DNA of 64,000 nt from contig NC_058368.1 in the NCBI RefSeq assembly GCF_018350175.1, positions 118,298,001 through 118,362,000 of the forward strand, in the 5' to 3' direction. Below are positions 1-14,149 of this stretch, in pieces. The DNA is from Felis catus (Eukaryota). Within the stretch, counting starts at the first letter, position 1; each line of letters starts with the position of its first letter. A model generated the notes under the pieces. It made no database searches. It was not told the DNA's origin and worked only from the letters and a program-made list of their open reading frames with translations. A program made the position numbers and the translations under genes.

Positions 1-3000
1 GCCGGGCAGGGGGTGAAAGCCTGGGGGAGAAGGGGCCGTGGAGGATTTGGTGGAAGCAGTGGGATCTCAACCAGAAGAACACATAGGCTTCATGCATATG
101 GACACGGGATCCCAGGATAGCTTGAACAGAGACCCAGGCATGGGGAGTGGAGGTGGCCTTTTCCCCGCAGGGGGACAGGTTCTGCTGGGCAGGGGGATGT
201 GTAGGACTCACAGGGTCCCCGCACACTCATGTGGAGTCAGATCACAGAGGACCTCCGTGCCATTCTGAAGAGTTTGCACTCTTCTCTGCAAGCCCTGGGG
301 AGCCAGTGGAGATTTCCGAGAAGGGAATTTGGAAGATGCTTTCGGTAACAACTTATAGGAAAATGGCAGTGCTGGGAGAGGGCAGGGCAGAGGCAGAGCG
401 GAGGCCAAGGAGCACGGTGCTCTGTGTTTCCCTCCCTGAGACGTTCATCAGTCTTCAAGTCGTTGCTTAATGCTCATCTTCTTTACTAAACTGTAAGCTA
501 GTCAAGGGCAGGGGCCATGTGCTTCCTGTGCAGTGTCATATCCTCAGCCCACTTCCTGGTGCTCTGTAAAGAGTTGCTGAATTGAAATAGAAGGTCCTAA
601 ACTAGAGCTGTGAGTAGAAGGCAGATGATGGGTCCAAAACCACTTGGGGAGGACAATGAGGAGGATTTGGCAGATGATGGGAACTTAGCAAAGGGATCAT
701 CAGATGATGACTCAGAGTGTGCAGGAAGGAGACAGGGATGGGGCGCTGTTTACCGACAGAGTGGATGTAACCAGGAGAATCCCATTGTGCAGAGCAGACA
801 TGAGCTAGCTACCTATGGTGTGTGCTACGTCTGAAATAAGAGTCGCCCATCAGTACGGAGCTGAGGGTGGGGCCCGCAGTGACAGTAGGGCTCTGCAGAG
901 GGGCTAGAGTTGGGGGCAGATGCAGGAGAGGAGTGAGGTGGGATCTTCAAGGGAGAATAACCCGGAGCCTGAGGAGAGAAGTGAACAGAGGCGGGGGATG
1001 CCCCGCGGTCTCCAAGATCTGCAATGTAAGACCCTTCTCTCAGAGAAGCCACAGGAGGCAGGCCCAAAGGTACAGGATCACGGCATCCAAGGGGGAGGCT
1101 GGCACTGGTCCACACTGTGCACAACTACGGAGGCTAAGCAGATGGAAAATGGAAGACAGAGCTTCAGGATTGGTCTCCTGCCTCCAAGCTTTGTTGTTCC
1201 AGTCTCTTTTTCTGCTGCCTCTGAAGCCTTTCTTCTAACAGAGGACCTGTGTGTGCCAGTGCTTCCGTTATCAGAAACCTTCCATTGCTTCCCATTGCCC
1301 AAAGTCCTTTGCAAAGCATTTCAGTGACCCCAGATCTGGTCTGAAAAGCCCCACCTCCTACTTTATCCTTCCCCATCTCATCGGTCTGGGACTCTCCCTC
1401 TGCTTGTTGCATACCAAGTATTCTCGGGCCTTCATGGTTAGTGTATGCTGTTCCCCAGCCTGGAATGCCCTTCCCTTCCACTTGCTGCTAATTACAACTC
1501 TTCTTATCCTTCAATGCCTCTATCAAATGTTACCTCTCCATTGCAAAGCGTTCTGTGATATCTCCAGTAAATAAGGTCTTTCCTCCCTTCAAGGACCCAT
1601 GCAGTGTTTTGCCTAGCAATCATTTCATTCTTTCTAAGTTTCCATGGAGTTGTTGGCTTGTCGCTGTCCTCCCCTAGCTTATGTATGAAAGCAAAGAACA
1701 CATTGTATCTTTGAATCACCCACAGCATGAGCTCTTGGGCGGGAAGGCAGTCAACCAGTACCAGCCAAGCATCTGAAGAGAGAAATGCCTAAGAGCAGTA
1801 GATGCTGGCAGTTCCAGCACTCCCAGTTATTTCTTTGGAAATTGTGGGGTGCCTCATAGTTATTTGTCTTTAGGGGTTTGCTCTATAATTAATGCCTTGG
1901 CCCAGTGGTGGGTTGCCTTATAATCATACGTGTTCCCCATGATCTCTCGAGCCATTTTGATATTGAGGATACACTATTGCACATACACTAATATTTTCCA
2001 GAACGTTTCCCATAGTTAGACAAAATGGAAAAACTTGGTCTGGCCATCAGAAGTGCTTTATCATTCATATGTGCTCTCCTTGACGGCAGGTTAAAGAAAC
2101 CCCTACACAATCCCATCGGGATCATAAATGTATCTCATGGGCCTTGAATTAGGAGGGTAAAGTTTCCCAACACTCGATTTACAGACTCAAAAAGCATCTG
2201 TTCACTCAATCTTCTACCCTCTTCTTTTGCCCCTCCAAATAGGCACTGACAGTATTTAGATGAAGTGAATATACTGATTTATTTCTCACCCGCTTGCTGT
2301 CTGCAAGGAAAACATGTATTCAATAAATATATTCAACAAGGTTCAGTGAGCACCTACTATGTGCCAACAGTGTGTCTGTGTTAACAGTGTACAATATACA
2401 ACTCAGGTCAATTCTTTCCGTGGTCTGTGTTTTAGGAGTTAGATAATTTCTGTTTTGTTATAGAACACTGAGAGCAGTTTAAGGTCCATGTACACAGTTC
2501 TGCTTTTTTTTTTTTTTTTTTGCCTGCTTTGTTTTTATTTTAGGATAGACATTTATAAAACACAGCTGGCTAAATGCTAAATGCAGCTGTGAACAACGTA
2601 ATTTAAATATATCTCTAATCCAACAAACCTGGCTTTTGGCAAGGAAGGGGGAAAAAAGTTAATTGCTTTTTAACACTTTAGTCTTACAAAGAGGAAAAGG
2701 GTAATATAGCCAGAGGGTATGTTCAGTGATTTTTTTTTTTTTTTTAAGTTCATGTTACTGGGATCCTGCAGTGTAGGTTGGGAGGGAGTCTTCCAAAGCA
2801 CCGAACTTCGGAGAAAACTCTTCCTCTATCTTTATAATAATAGTAATCACCATTTTATGAGCATTCCTTCTAGGCTGGGCACATACTTAAGAGAGCTTTA
2901 CCTGGTTTACTTCATTGTATCCTCCAGGGGATATGCCATTTACACACCAAGTAACTAAGGCTCAGAAAAATGGACTTACCCGGAGTCATATATCTGGTTA

Positions 3001-3452
3001 GGGGTAGGATTGGAACTTATGCCTGGCTGCGTAACGTCAGGGCCCACCCTGTAGCCACGACTGGGATTTTTCTTAATCTACCTGCATTGAGACACAACTG
3101 CACCGGAAACATGCTTGAGAGGTGAGTAATGACAAGACTGGGAAAACGGAGGGTATGGTAACTGACATCGCCTTTGCTTGAATTCTGAAGGACAGATGCA
3201 AGAAATATGCTAGTTGGCCTACCCCAAAAAACCCCAAGATAGGTATCTTTCTCTCTTTGTATTTCAGTATATAATTCTCTTCTTTCTTTGATAAGTAATA
3301 TAGGTATGCGTAAAGGTTTTTTGGAAGGAAGTTCAAGACAGCATTATTAATATGGGTACCGCAAACTGAATATGCAATAATATAGGGCTCATTAAATAAA
3401 TTATAGGGGAATGCACTGCCACCATTAAGAATTCTATTTTAAAAGAATATAA

Positions 3453-3679
3453 GGGGCGCCTGGGTGGCGCAGTCGGTTAAGCGTCTGACTTCAGCCAGGT
3501 CACGATCTCGAGGTCCGGGAGTTCGAGCCCCGCGTCGGGCTCTGGGCTGATGGCTCAGAGCCTGGAGCCTGTTTCCGATTCTGTGTCTCCCTCCCTCTCT
3601 GCCTCTCGCCCGTTCATGCTCTGTCTCTCTCTGTCCCAAAAATAAATAAACGTTGAAAAAAAAAATTAAAAAAAAAAAA
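3453..3679 (+). mobile_element. Young felid CanSINE (SINEC_Fc-like)
   Basis: GGGGCGCCTGGGTGGCGCAGTCGGTTAAGCG head, CT-rich middle, A tail; perfect TSD AAAAGAATATAA (3441-3452 / 3680-3691). Confidence 0.95.
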
Positions 3680-4075
3680 AAAAGAATATAAAATGCAACG
3701 GAGAATGCCCATGATAGATATATTGCCAAGTGGAAAAGTAAGTTAAAAGCCTGTAAGTGTTGTATGAGCCCATTTTTGTTTTACACACATCCTATCTATA
3801 TGCATAGATAGGGACAGACAGAAACAGACATACATAAATACAGGAAAAGGACTAGAAGGACATTGCTATTACCAATATTTTAATAATGATTTTCTCTGGA
3901 TAATGGGTAAATTTTTTTTCCGGTATTGCTTACATTTCCTATAATGAAATATATTAATGATGTAAAAGTAATTTTTAAGTAACTTATTAACCCAATAATT
4001 TCAGTAAATAAATTATTTTTGAGTATTCACTGTGTACCAGGCACTATGTATTCCAAACATTAAAAAACAATTATA

Positions 4076-4820
4076 AGGATGCCTGGGTGGCTCAGTCAGT
4101 TAAGCGTTCCACTTTGGCTCAGGTCACGATCTCGCGATTCGTGGGTTTGAGCCCTGCCTTGGGCTCTGTGCTGACAGCTCAGAGCCTGGAGCCTGCTTCA
4201 GATTCTGTGTCTCCCTCTCTCTCTGCCTCTCCCCTGCTCACGTTCTCTCTCTCTCTCTGTTTCCCTCTCTCTCAAAAATAAATGAACATTAAAACAAATT
4301 TAAAAAGAAATAATAACAAAAAAAGAAAATCTAATCATATCCCTGCTTCACTAACATTTTGGATGATCTCCTTCAGGTCTTTTTCAATGGAGTTTTTTAT
4401 TGTGTTTTTTTTTTTTAAGTTTATTTATTTATTGACGGGGTGGGGGGGAGAGATAATCACAAGCAGGATTTGCACTGTCAGGGCAGAGCCCTCACCAGAG
4501 GGGTCAGACTCACAAACTGTGAGATCATGACCTGAGCCAAAATCAAGAGTCAGATGCTTAACCCACTGAGCCACCCGGGCACCCCTCAATGCAATTAAAA
4601 AAATTTTTTTTCTTTAACATTTATTTATTATTAAGAGACAGAGAAATACAGAGCGTGAGCAGGGGAAGGGTAGAGAGAGTGGGAGACACAGAATCTGAAG
4701 CAGTCTCCAGGCTCTGAGCTGTCAGCACAGAGCCCAATGCGGGGTTCGAACTCACGAACTGCAAGATCATGACCTGAGCTGCAGTCGGTCGCTTAACCAA
4801 CTGAGCCACCCAGGCACCCC
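4076..4820. mobile_element. Cluster of three CanSINEs (4076-4320 plus; 4405-4585 and 4597-4820 minus)
   Basis: tRNA-derived heads, (CT)n/(AG)n segments and A/T tails. Confidence 0.9.
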
Positions 4821-5549
4821 TCAATGCAATTTTTAAAGCAGAGTAGTCACAAAGCAGACGGCTCCTGAGCCCTGGTCATTAGGAGTTCATTCAGCCAATA
4901 GGAGTCAACCAGCCTGAGAGCCCTGACTTTGCCACTTGCACTCCGACATCACTTCCCCCTAAGCCTTATCTCCATTCTCAGCAAAAAGGATCAAGAGTGG
5001 TACCTACCTCATCAGTCTTTTGGAGGATTAAATGAGTTGCTACAAGTAAAGTGCCTTGAAGTACACACCAGATAATAACTACTATTGTTACTCTCTGTTG
5101 AATGGCTCCATTGCCATTCTGTTTTGTTTCTCATCTACTTTCTTCCAAAGAGTAAAAATAGTTATGTTTTTCCTGGACAGAAGAGACCCCTATTGAAGTC
5201 ATTCAGGCATATGAAGTCACCTTTGAATTTTGCATGTAGGTGAGATCACCCGGTCAAAGCCATTTGGCCTCCTATCCAAGGCAAAGCTGTAAAGGACAGA
5301 GAGAGTTGCCATGGTGTACAGGAGCATTTATACCTTTCAGAAAGTCGTGGGAGCCACGGTTGAACAAAGATCTACTTAATTGGGTTTGGAAACCTAATAC
5401 ATATGGCTAGTGACAGACAATAGGATATTTAAACTCTACTGCTTATGTTGACTGCCTCTTGCCTTTGGGGCCTAGTGTTCTGTTGTGTCTTATGAGTGTG
5501 GGATACTGTCTTATGACTCTTCGTAAGGAGACTGTCCAGTGGCAGGCTC

Positions 5550-6270
5550 TTCCAAGAACTTTCTAGCTGTGGCACTGCCTTGCTCCAGACTAGCCACCAT
5601 CATCTCCTTCCTGCATGATTCTGAGGCCTCCTACCTCATGCCCTGCTGTTTATCCTGCCCCTCTTAAGATCTGCTCTCCATCCAGGACCCAATAAGAGTC
5701 TTAAAAGTCAATCATTGCATGTCACCCCCCAATTCTAATCCCCAGTGGCTTTCCACTGCCCTCAGAAAAAAAGCCCCAACTTTCTGCATGATTCCACATG
5801 TCTGCATAATCTGTTCTTTGAGTACTTCTCCACTTTGACCATTTCCCCCTGTGCATGATGCTTGAAGTATCCTGGCCTTCTGCTGGATTCTAGAACACAC
5901 CAAGCACTTGTTCACCTCAGGGCCTTACCCCATTTTCTTCCTTCCACAAAGAATATTCTTCACTTTACTCTTTGCATGAATGGCGCCCCTCATTCTTTTG
6001 GTCTTCTCTTCTGCGTCACCACCTTAGAGAGGCTTTCCCTGTCTACCTAATTTGTAACAGCTTCTCTTGTTCCGGTGCCTTGTATGTCCCTTTTATAGAG
6101 TAGATCTTAACAAATTTCTACGTATTTCGTTTGTTTATTTGTTGGCTTATTTGGTGTGTGTTTACATACTCCGTCTGTCTATCCCCGGTCTTCCCTACCC
6201 TGTGAGAATGTAAGCGCCCCAAGGGCAGAACCAGATCTTTCGCTTTGTTGTTGTGTTCTCTGGCAGAGCC
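5550..6270 (+). mobile_element. L2 fragment (others at ~1260-1740, 9375-9960, 21400-22000, 52110-52740, 53370-53755, 61640-62500)
   Basis: L2 3'-region motifs CTAGCCACCATCATCTC, CCAGTGGCTTTCCACTGCCCTCAGAA, CCTCAGGGCCTT, GTCACCACCTTAGAGAGGCTTTCCCTG. Confidence 0.65.
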
Positions 6271-9200
6271 CCTCATGGAGAAGGTGCCCGATGAAGATGA
6301 AAGGAACGGAGGGAGAGAGGGAGGAAGGAAGTCTCCGAAAAGGGGGCTGCTTTTCCAGGCAGCCCAGTTTCCCGTGAATGTGGGCAGTGTGTCCTGTTCA
6401 GCCCTAGCATTACTGTGCAAGTTTAAAAATAAAACCCCTGGGTGGAGTGAGAAGCCTTTAAAGAGGATGGGGGAGAGATAATGAGAAACATGAGTAGCCA
6501 ACGCAGGCCCAGCAGGATGTGGGACTGGCCAGGAAGAGAAAGGGACCTTGACTCCGGGGAAACACTGACTTTGGGGCTGTAATAGTCTGGCGAATGTAGG
6601 ACTCCTAATTAGTCACCAGAGGTCTTTCTCTTGATCTCCAGTATAAAAAGACTTTAAAGTGGCCAACTCAGGATATGGTTCCATCCTACAACAAGACATG
6701 TTGAGAGATTTTCGACAAGACGTTCTTTACAGTTGTTAAAACGGGGGCCTCCACACCCCGCATCTGACTGCCTCTCCAGTAGAAGAAGGAAAGGCCAGGA
6801 GGTAACAGAGGCGATGAAGCCAGCTTTGGCTCACCCTCCCCCTGACCTTCCCCAGGGCCCATCCCAGCGTGGGATCTGAACCTCCCACCATAATAGGGCT
6901 CCCGCCAGACATCCTAAGGTGTATCCGCCCTCCAAAGTCTTAGCTCAGTTTTGGGGCAGCGTAAGGCGGGGAGGGTCAGGTCAATGGGTCACTAGAGACA
7001 ACTCGGACATCGCCTTGGAAACGCTCTCCCCCCACGTGCACTGCCTACAGTTGGATCCACCCTGAACCAGCTGTGTGTTAAATCCTCGGGCCTTAGTGGG
7101 AGGTGGGGAGGCATCTGGGGAAGGTCAGAGTGGGTCAGGAAGGGGTCCACCTCTTTTAAGGAAGACCATCAATCTTCAGGCCTTCGTGAGAAGTCTGACG
7201 ACCCAGGGGAACAGCAGGCTAAAAATCCATAATCTCGGCCTGGTCCCTGTGGTGCAAGGATGGGCCGAGCTGAGTGTGGGGGCTGCCAACATCCCCTCCT
7301 TCAGACTGTGGCCTGGACCCCTTCCCATAATCCATCTCTCTATGCTGCTCCAGCAGCCAAGTGATGCGCTCATGGTCACCTGGTGCAAGCAAATATTTGC
7401 AAGCCTTTACAACATTGATCACCACTGGGTTTTTTCCATATCCACAGCTATGTGATGGTCAAGAGGGCCACAGAGGAACGGGTATGGAGAGAGGCAGCTG
7501 GAGCTTTGCACACCATGCTTAACCTCCAAGCCACTCTCCAGAGGCAGCTCTTGTAGAGAAGGAACCCAAAGTCTAAAAAGGACCAGTTCCGTACCCAAGG
7601 TCACTCCGGAGGGAGGGGCAGAGTACTGGACGGCCCGAATGCAAGATCCAGTGCAGGCCAGCCTCCTGCAGACTGTCCCTTTCATCCCTGTAGTTGATTT
7701 TCAAATGATTTAAGCTCAAAGCCCCGGGCCAGGGCCCTTGAGCAGAATTTCTGAGTAGTCTGTGCCCTGAGAAACCCCGTGCCTGTCTGTGCGTGGGAAT
7801 CCCAAAGCCCTTTTGTGGATTGAGCAGAAGGAGCCTGCTGGGGTTGACTCCTTCTTTAATTGTTTGTTGGAAACGCCCTCAGCCTAAAACTGCTGAACAA
7901 ATGGCCTGTGTCTGTTCCATGCTTCAGCTCTGTAAGGGGTCTGTTGCTTTCTCGGCTAGTTCTAGTTTCCTGACCTGAGGCTTTTAAGTGCTGAGAAAGC
8001 ACAGGGTGATAATTGCCCCTTGTGACAAAAAAAGCTGATGGAGGAACAGCAGGACAGCAGGTGACCACCTTCATGCCCCAGGACCATTTTGTAACATCAA
8101 ATACATTCTTATGAAGGCTTCCATAAAAGCATTAGCCAGACTGCAAACCTGTTGGTAGCAATAATTAATATTTTATTGAGCAAATACTGTGCTGTGTGTT
8201 GCATACTGAAACATTTTTGGGGCTTTACATGTACTGTCTCACTGAAGTCTTAGGGCAGCCCTGTGAGAGAGCAGCCCCTAGTGCTGATAATGGAACCCAG
8301 TATGGACTTCTCCTGGCCACAACCTGAGGAAATAGGTGCCCCTATTCTCTCTATTTTACAGAAACTTGGCCAGGGCCACGTAGCTATTGAGGGTCAGAGC
8401 CAAAATTCATACCCGGTCTTGCGCCAGAGTCCATGCTGTTGGCCATTTTGCTACCCTACCATTATGCATCACTGACTGTCACCCTGAAATAATGAAATAA
8501 TGAGAAGAGTCTTGGGCTTCCATGTTAGCTCTCTTTCCAAGGAAGTTAGGACTCTGCTTCCAGAGCCCTCAGCAAAGACATCCAGGACCAGCCAGGGAAA
8601 ATGGCAGCAAGGTTTTTTGGCCAACTGAGTGGAGATTTTGCCTTTGCTCCTGCAACTTAAACACCTTATCACCAAAGGCCAAGAAGCCTGGGCCGACTCA
8701 GCCCGTGACTCTGAACCAGGGGAATGTTCTCTGGGCTGCAGACTTGCTCTGTGTGGGCTCCAGGGAATGACTGGAGCCTTCATCTCCGCTCTCCCACAGT
8801 TGCCATTTCTAAACTCTGACGGAGATTCTGAGGAAGTAAAAGAAGAGTCTTGTTTTCCAGAGGCTCTTTATGTCCCCAGAGGTATTGGTGCAGCACTTTG
8901 CACACATTGATTAATCAACGCAGACTGCTTGTGTTCCCATCAGACCGATGGCAAAGGCAGAGATGCTGTGGTCCATCTGCCCCCATGGGTGCGAGGCCCG
9001 GAACACGCCAGATCGATGTCTCCCTTCTAGGTGCCTGACATCACTTGTTTCCCTTTGATGCCCATCAGCCAAAAGAAGTTATTCATCTCTAAGCATGAAT
9101 AATACCACTAAGCTGGATTTTTCCAGGCAACCAAAGTGAGTTCTCTGAAGAGCTGAGAGTAGGCTGGCTGAGCCAGAGTAGGTGGCATATGGCCTGGGGT

Positions 9201-9636
9201 CCATGAGGGGTGTGGTCCCCTAAGTCAGGGTCACAGGCCCTAGACACAAACTTGTCAGCTTTGCTTTCACATGTGGTGCACCCTTTTCTAGAACTGTGAG
9301 GAGCAGCAGAGAGCGGGAGATCCCACTTCTGTCCTGGGCCTTGGATTTCTCAATCCAAGATTCTATGAGTCACTCATTCATTCATTGGGCCAATATTTAC
9401 TGAGCACCTCTGTGGCTAGGCTCTGTCCCAGGGATACAGCACGAAACAAGATGGATGAGATCCTGCCCTTGTGAGGCTCACGTTCCAGACAATAGCAAGT
9501 GTTTAAAAAGTTGACAAGATAAATACAGACTGAGGCAAGTCCCATGATAGAGACGGGAAAGGAAGCCTCTTTGGGGGAGTTGCTGAGAGAGGTGAGGCCC
9601 AAGGATGAAAAGATCTGCTATGTGAAGAACAGGGTT

Positions 9637-9810
9637 GGGGCACCTGGTGGCTCAGTCGGGTAAGCATCGGACTTCGGCTCAAGTCATGATATCGCGGTTC
9701 ACGGGTTTGAGCCCTGGGTTGGGCTCTGGGCTGACAGTGCCGAGCCTGCTTGGGATTCTCTCCCTCCCTCTGTCTCTGCCTCTCCCCTGCTCATGCTCGC
9801 TCGCTCTCTT

Positions 9811-9845
<35 letters not shown>

Positions 9846-9878
9846 ATAAATAAGTTAACAATTAAAAAAAAAAAAAAA
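9637..9878 (+). mobile_element. CanSINE
   Basis: SINE head, (CT)n, A tail; TSD aagaacagggt / aagaacaaggt. Confidence 0.92.
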
Positions 9879-11769
9879 AAGAACAAGGTAGAGCATTCCA
9901 GGCGGATGGAACAGCAGTCACAATGTCCAAGAGGCTGGTAAGGACATGGAACCTCAGAGGAACAGAAAAGAGACCAGTGGGGCTCGAGTGGGTGGGAGAG
10001 GTAAGAGGAGCAGAGTCAGGGGATCCTGCTCCCCAAGAGGCCTTGGGCTGCTTACTCACCTTCCTGAAAATCCCCTCTATTTTCCAAAGTGTGCCCCGCT
10101 TGCCCCCACAACTCATCCTTGCTTAGCCAGATCCAGCCCCTCTCCAGGAAGAAAAAGGAAGAGAGTTCTTTTTGTGGCAGGCGGGGCTTCTGGCAAAGGT
10201 GTTGCGTTCACTTTTACATGGGGGCTCCTGAGTGCATTACGCCAACGATACCTGGCACTGACGAGAAGTTTCCCAGCGATGGAGATGGCGTGCGTGTGGT
10301 AGTGGGGCGCTCAGGCACCACCCAAGTGGGAACTCGCCAGCTGCGGGCCCATCTTGCCACTGCTCCCGTGAGCTCACCAGTGAGGCAGCATTTGGCATCA
10401 GGTCCTTTGCACTGCTCCTTTCAGATGCTTCTCTGCCCACTTGCACCCCTAGTGCCCTCAGCGGTCTCTCTGGGCTCCCTGCCCTTACCTCTTTCCCCTT
10501 CATAACCGGAATCTCTGCCATTCTCCACAGCCCCCACTGAATAATGTGCCTCTGGAATGCATGCCTGCTCCTGCACCTTCAGACAAAGTCCAGCAAGCAG
10601 ACGGGTTATATTTGGAGGCCCCCCTGTGTCCTCCAAGTGTTGCCAAATGGGGGGCTGCCCAGCCAACCTGTCCGAGCTGCCAAGCTGGCTCATTAACCAT
10701 TGACAGGACAGAACTGTCCCCGTTTGACCCTTCCCAGTGGAGCCTTGGCAAACACCTAGAATGTGCTCTGTTGAGGGTCGACAATGGCTAGAACTTCATT
10801 CCCTAGAGGCGAAGCAGCCAACCCCAAGTTTGTGAACTCAAAAAGTCTGATGTCTTGCTTTTGGAAAGACCCACTGCTAAAGCATGCCTTTGACGTCTCT
10901 ATCCCAGCATTCCCTTTGCTGAAAGGAGTTTGCCGTATCCAGGATTCCTTCCTTCTCTGGCTTTCTGTGGTTCTCACTTGAAGGACCCAAACTGTCAACC
11001 CAGCTGCCATGGTCTGGCCCCCTCTTGGGCCTTGCTCTCTGACCCATCCCCCTTCTTCCCTACATTCATTCTTCCCTTCCTTCTTCCAGCCATACTGGCC
11101 TTTCCTCCACCCCTTGGCAAGGCTGCACTTCCTCACACTGTGTGACCTTTGCAGTATTTTCCCTCCGTCTGAAACACTCATCCCTCACCCAGTGGACGCT
11201 TGCCCATCCCCTACATCTCAACCCAAGCGTCACGAACTCCCCAAAACCTTTCCAGACCCCATGACTGGGTCCGGTACTGCATATGCTTTCCTGAGACACG
11301 CAGGAGAATTACTGCGTGATTGAGTCCGTGTCCCTCTCTAGCCTCTAGCTTTCAGGAAGGCGGGAACCGTCCGTTCCAGGCTGTATCACAGCCCCGGTGT
11401 CTAGCATGCTCCCTGGCACACTGGCAGTAGCTCACAAATGAGGTGAATGAACCTGAGGTGAAGGCACTAGTGACCCTCAAGTAACCCCCCTCCCAGTCCC
11501 CATTCTCTGTCCTCTTTATCCGGCTGCCTCTTTATTTCTTTACTTTCCCTTCCCTCCTCTCTCCTCCCCTTGTCATCCTTGCTGCTCATTCCTTCTTCCT
11601 TCCTGGGACTTAGACTATCTGTGAGTCCCATGAACACTGTTTAAAGTCAACAGAAGTTGACTCCTGAGTTAAAGAGACGAGAAAGTTGTCATAACTTGGT
11701 AGGATGTGTTGGCCTCAAACTAGATCACTCCAAACTCAGGACCTGGGGGTGAACCTAGGCTCCCACCAT

Positions 11770-12182
11770 AGTAGTTTTCCAGGGCTCCCCCAACAAGTAC
11801 CACAGACTGGTGGCTTAAACAACAGAAGTGTATTGGCTCACAGTTCTGGAGGCCAGAAGTCCAAGGTCAAGATATCAGCAGGGCTGGTTCCTTCTGAGGG
11901 CTGGGAGGAGAAGCGTTGTTCCAGGCCTCTCTCCATGACTTGTAGATGGCCTTCTTTTCCCTGTGTCTTCATGCCATCTTCCCTCTAGGTATGTCTTTCT
12001 GTCCCAATTTCCCCATTCTATAAGGATGCCAGTCATGCTGGCATTAGGGCCCACCCTAATGACATCATTTAAACTCGATATCCTCTGTAAAGGCATCTCC
12101 AAATAAGGTCACATTCTGATACTCTGCAGGTTAGGACTTCAACATGTGAATTTAAGGAGAGGACGTAGTTCAGCTCCTAACA
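11770..12182 (-). mobile_element. MaLR MLT1A/B/C-type solo LTR
   Basis: AACAAGTACCACAGACTGGTGGCTTAAACAACAGAA...CACAGTTCTGGAGGCCAGAAGTCCAAGGTCAAG...AAATAAGGTCACATTCTGA...GACTTCAACAT. Confidence 0.85.
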
Positions 12183-13499
12183 CCTGCCTTCCACCTGCCC
12201 ATTGCCCCAGCCCTTTCTGATTTATTGAATGAGAAGAAAGTAGGGGAGCACAGGGCCGCATCATCTTCTGAGGAAGTTACACGGGGGCCTGGGAATGGAA
12301 GCAGACCAGAGAGGAACGTGAACCAGAGAAAGGCACCCAAGAGCGAGAAGGGAAGGCTGAAGTGACCAACTGGTAAAACTCCGCTGATAGGAGGTTCCAT
12401 GATGGTGCTCTGGTAATCTGCTTGTCCAGAGTTCATACCCCAGATCGGCCACTTCCTAGCAGCGAGGGCTTTCCCCTCACTTGGAAAAGGTGGGTAATAA
12501 TTGCACCTAACTTATGGGGTGGTTGTGAGGGTTGAGTGAGGGAATAGCATGAAGGGGTTGGCCCTGTGCCTGGCACATAACAACTCGGCATGCAGTGTGG
12601 ACACTGTCGTGGATGTTGCAACACGTGGAGGGCTAGTCCGAGGAAGATGGTAATTCAGGAAGGAGGGGATGACAAGGAAGAGGCCACTTGTCCCTGACTC
12701 AGACCAAATGACTCCATGTTCTCGTTCACAGCAATGAAGGGAAAAGAACCAGAGCCATGGTCAGACTTGGGTTTCCTCAACTGTCCCCTGTGGACCAAAG
12801 ATGGAATCACCTGGGTCCTACCCAGGAAATGCAAAATCGTGGGTCCCTCCGGAACCTGGCTAAGTCGGGACTTCGGTGGGCCGGACCTGGGTACCTGATT
12901 TTTTAAACAAGCTCCCCTGTGATTCTTATGCACATTTGTTTGCAAACTACAGGTCCTGGAGAGATAGAGGGGAGTCTTGTCTGAGGTCCCTCCCCCCCAC
13001 CTGTACAGCTCTGGTGCAAGAGGGGCTTGCTCCTCATGCCTGTCCCCACCACTAGCATTCCCTGGACAAAGTCAGAGGTCGTGAGCAGTTATGCAGAAAA
13101 CAAATCTCTGTCGTATTTTAAACGTTCTCCTTAGAGGGGTTGCCCCGGCAGATCGAGTCTTTTACAGACACCAAGTTCTGGATGGCCCATCCCTTCTCTC
13201 TCTACGACTGGAGTCACCCAGTCTTGACGTCGAGCTGAGCTCAAGCTGACCTCTGACCTCAGGCCTGCAGAGTTGAAGCGGGGTGCTGGCCCAGCAGGCT
13301 TGTGCCTCTGCCTCTGTGTCTGTCATCAGGCACCATTTCCTCTCTTCTTGGGCATCATCTGCTGACTGGTTCAGGAAAACCTGAGGCCCTTCTTGTTCCC
13401 CCGTGACTGCATTCGTGTCTTATTCCTGAAGACCTGGTCTCAAAAGCCTTAGGTCCTCAAAGTGGAGAGTCTGACTGTGGGCCAAGCTGGGGTCTGCCT

Positions 13500-13586
13500 T
13501 TTTTTCTTTCTTTTTTTAAATTTTTTAAAAAACGTTTATTTATTTTTGAGAGAGAGAGAGATAGAGTGTGAATGGGGGCGGAGCAG

Positions 13587-13618
<32 letters not shown>

Positions 13619-13750
13619 TCCGAAGCAGGCTCCAGGCTCTGAGCTGTTGGCACAGTCTGATGTGGGGCTCGAACCCAAGAACCATGAGATCACGGATCAT
13701 GGCATGAGCTGAAATCAGATGCTTAACCGACTGAGCCACCCAGGCACCCC
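13500..13750 (-). mobile_element. CanSINE with internal (CA)n
   Basis: Antisense SINE; TSD ggggtctgccttt on both sides. Confidence 0.92.
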
Positions 13751-14149
13751 CGGGGGTCTGCCTTTCTTAGGAGAGTTTCCAAATCCTGGCCTACTTTCCT
13801 AGGTCTTCAAATATCACCTGTCGTGAATTCCTGTCACCAAATTCCACCTGTCTCTTAGGACCCCTCCAGTGATCCGATAAAACATACATGGCAAATCAGG
13901 TGGGAGCACAGCCTGGGTATGACATGTGGCTCTGTCACTTGGTGACTGCGTGGACTTCGGCAAATGGCCCAGCCCAGCAAGCCTCAATTCCTACTTCCCA
14001 AGGTTGTTATGAGAATTCAGCAAGGTCAGATACATAAAGCCAAGTCGGGTACCCGGCACATAGTAAGGGCACAGGAAACATAAAGTGTCACTTTGGACTT
14101 TGGAACAAAAGGACTTGTGTACAGCATGTTCAGAACTCACCTTTCGCTA

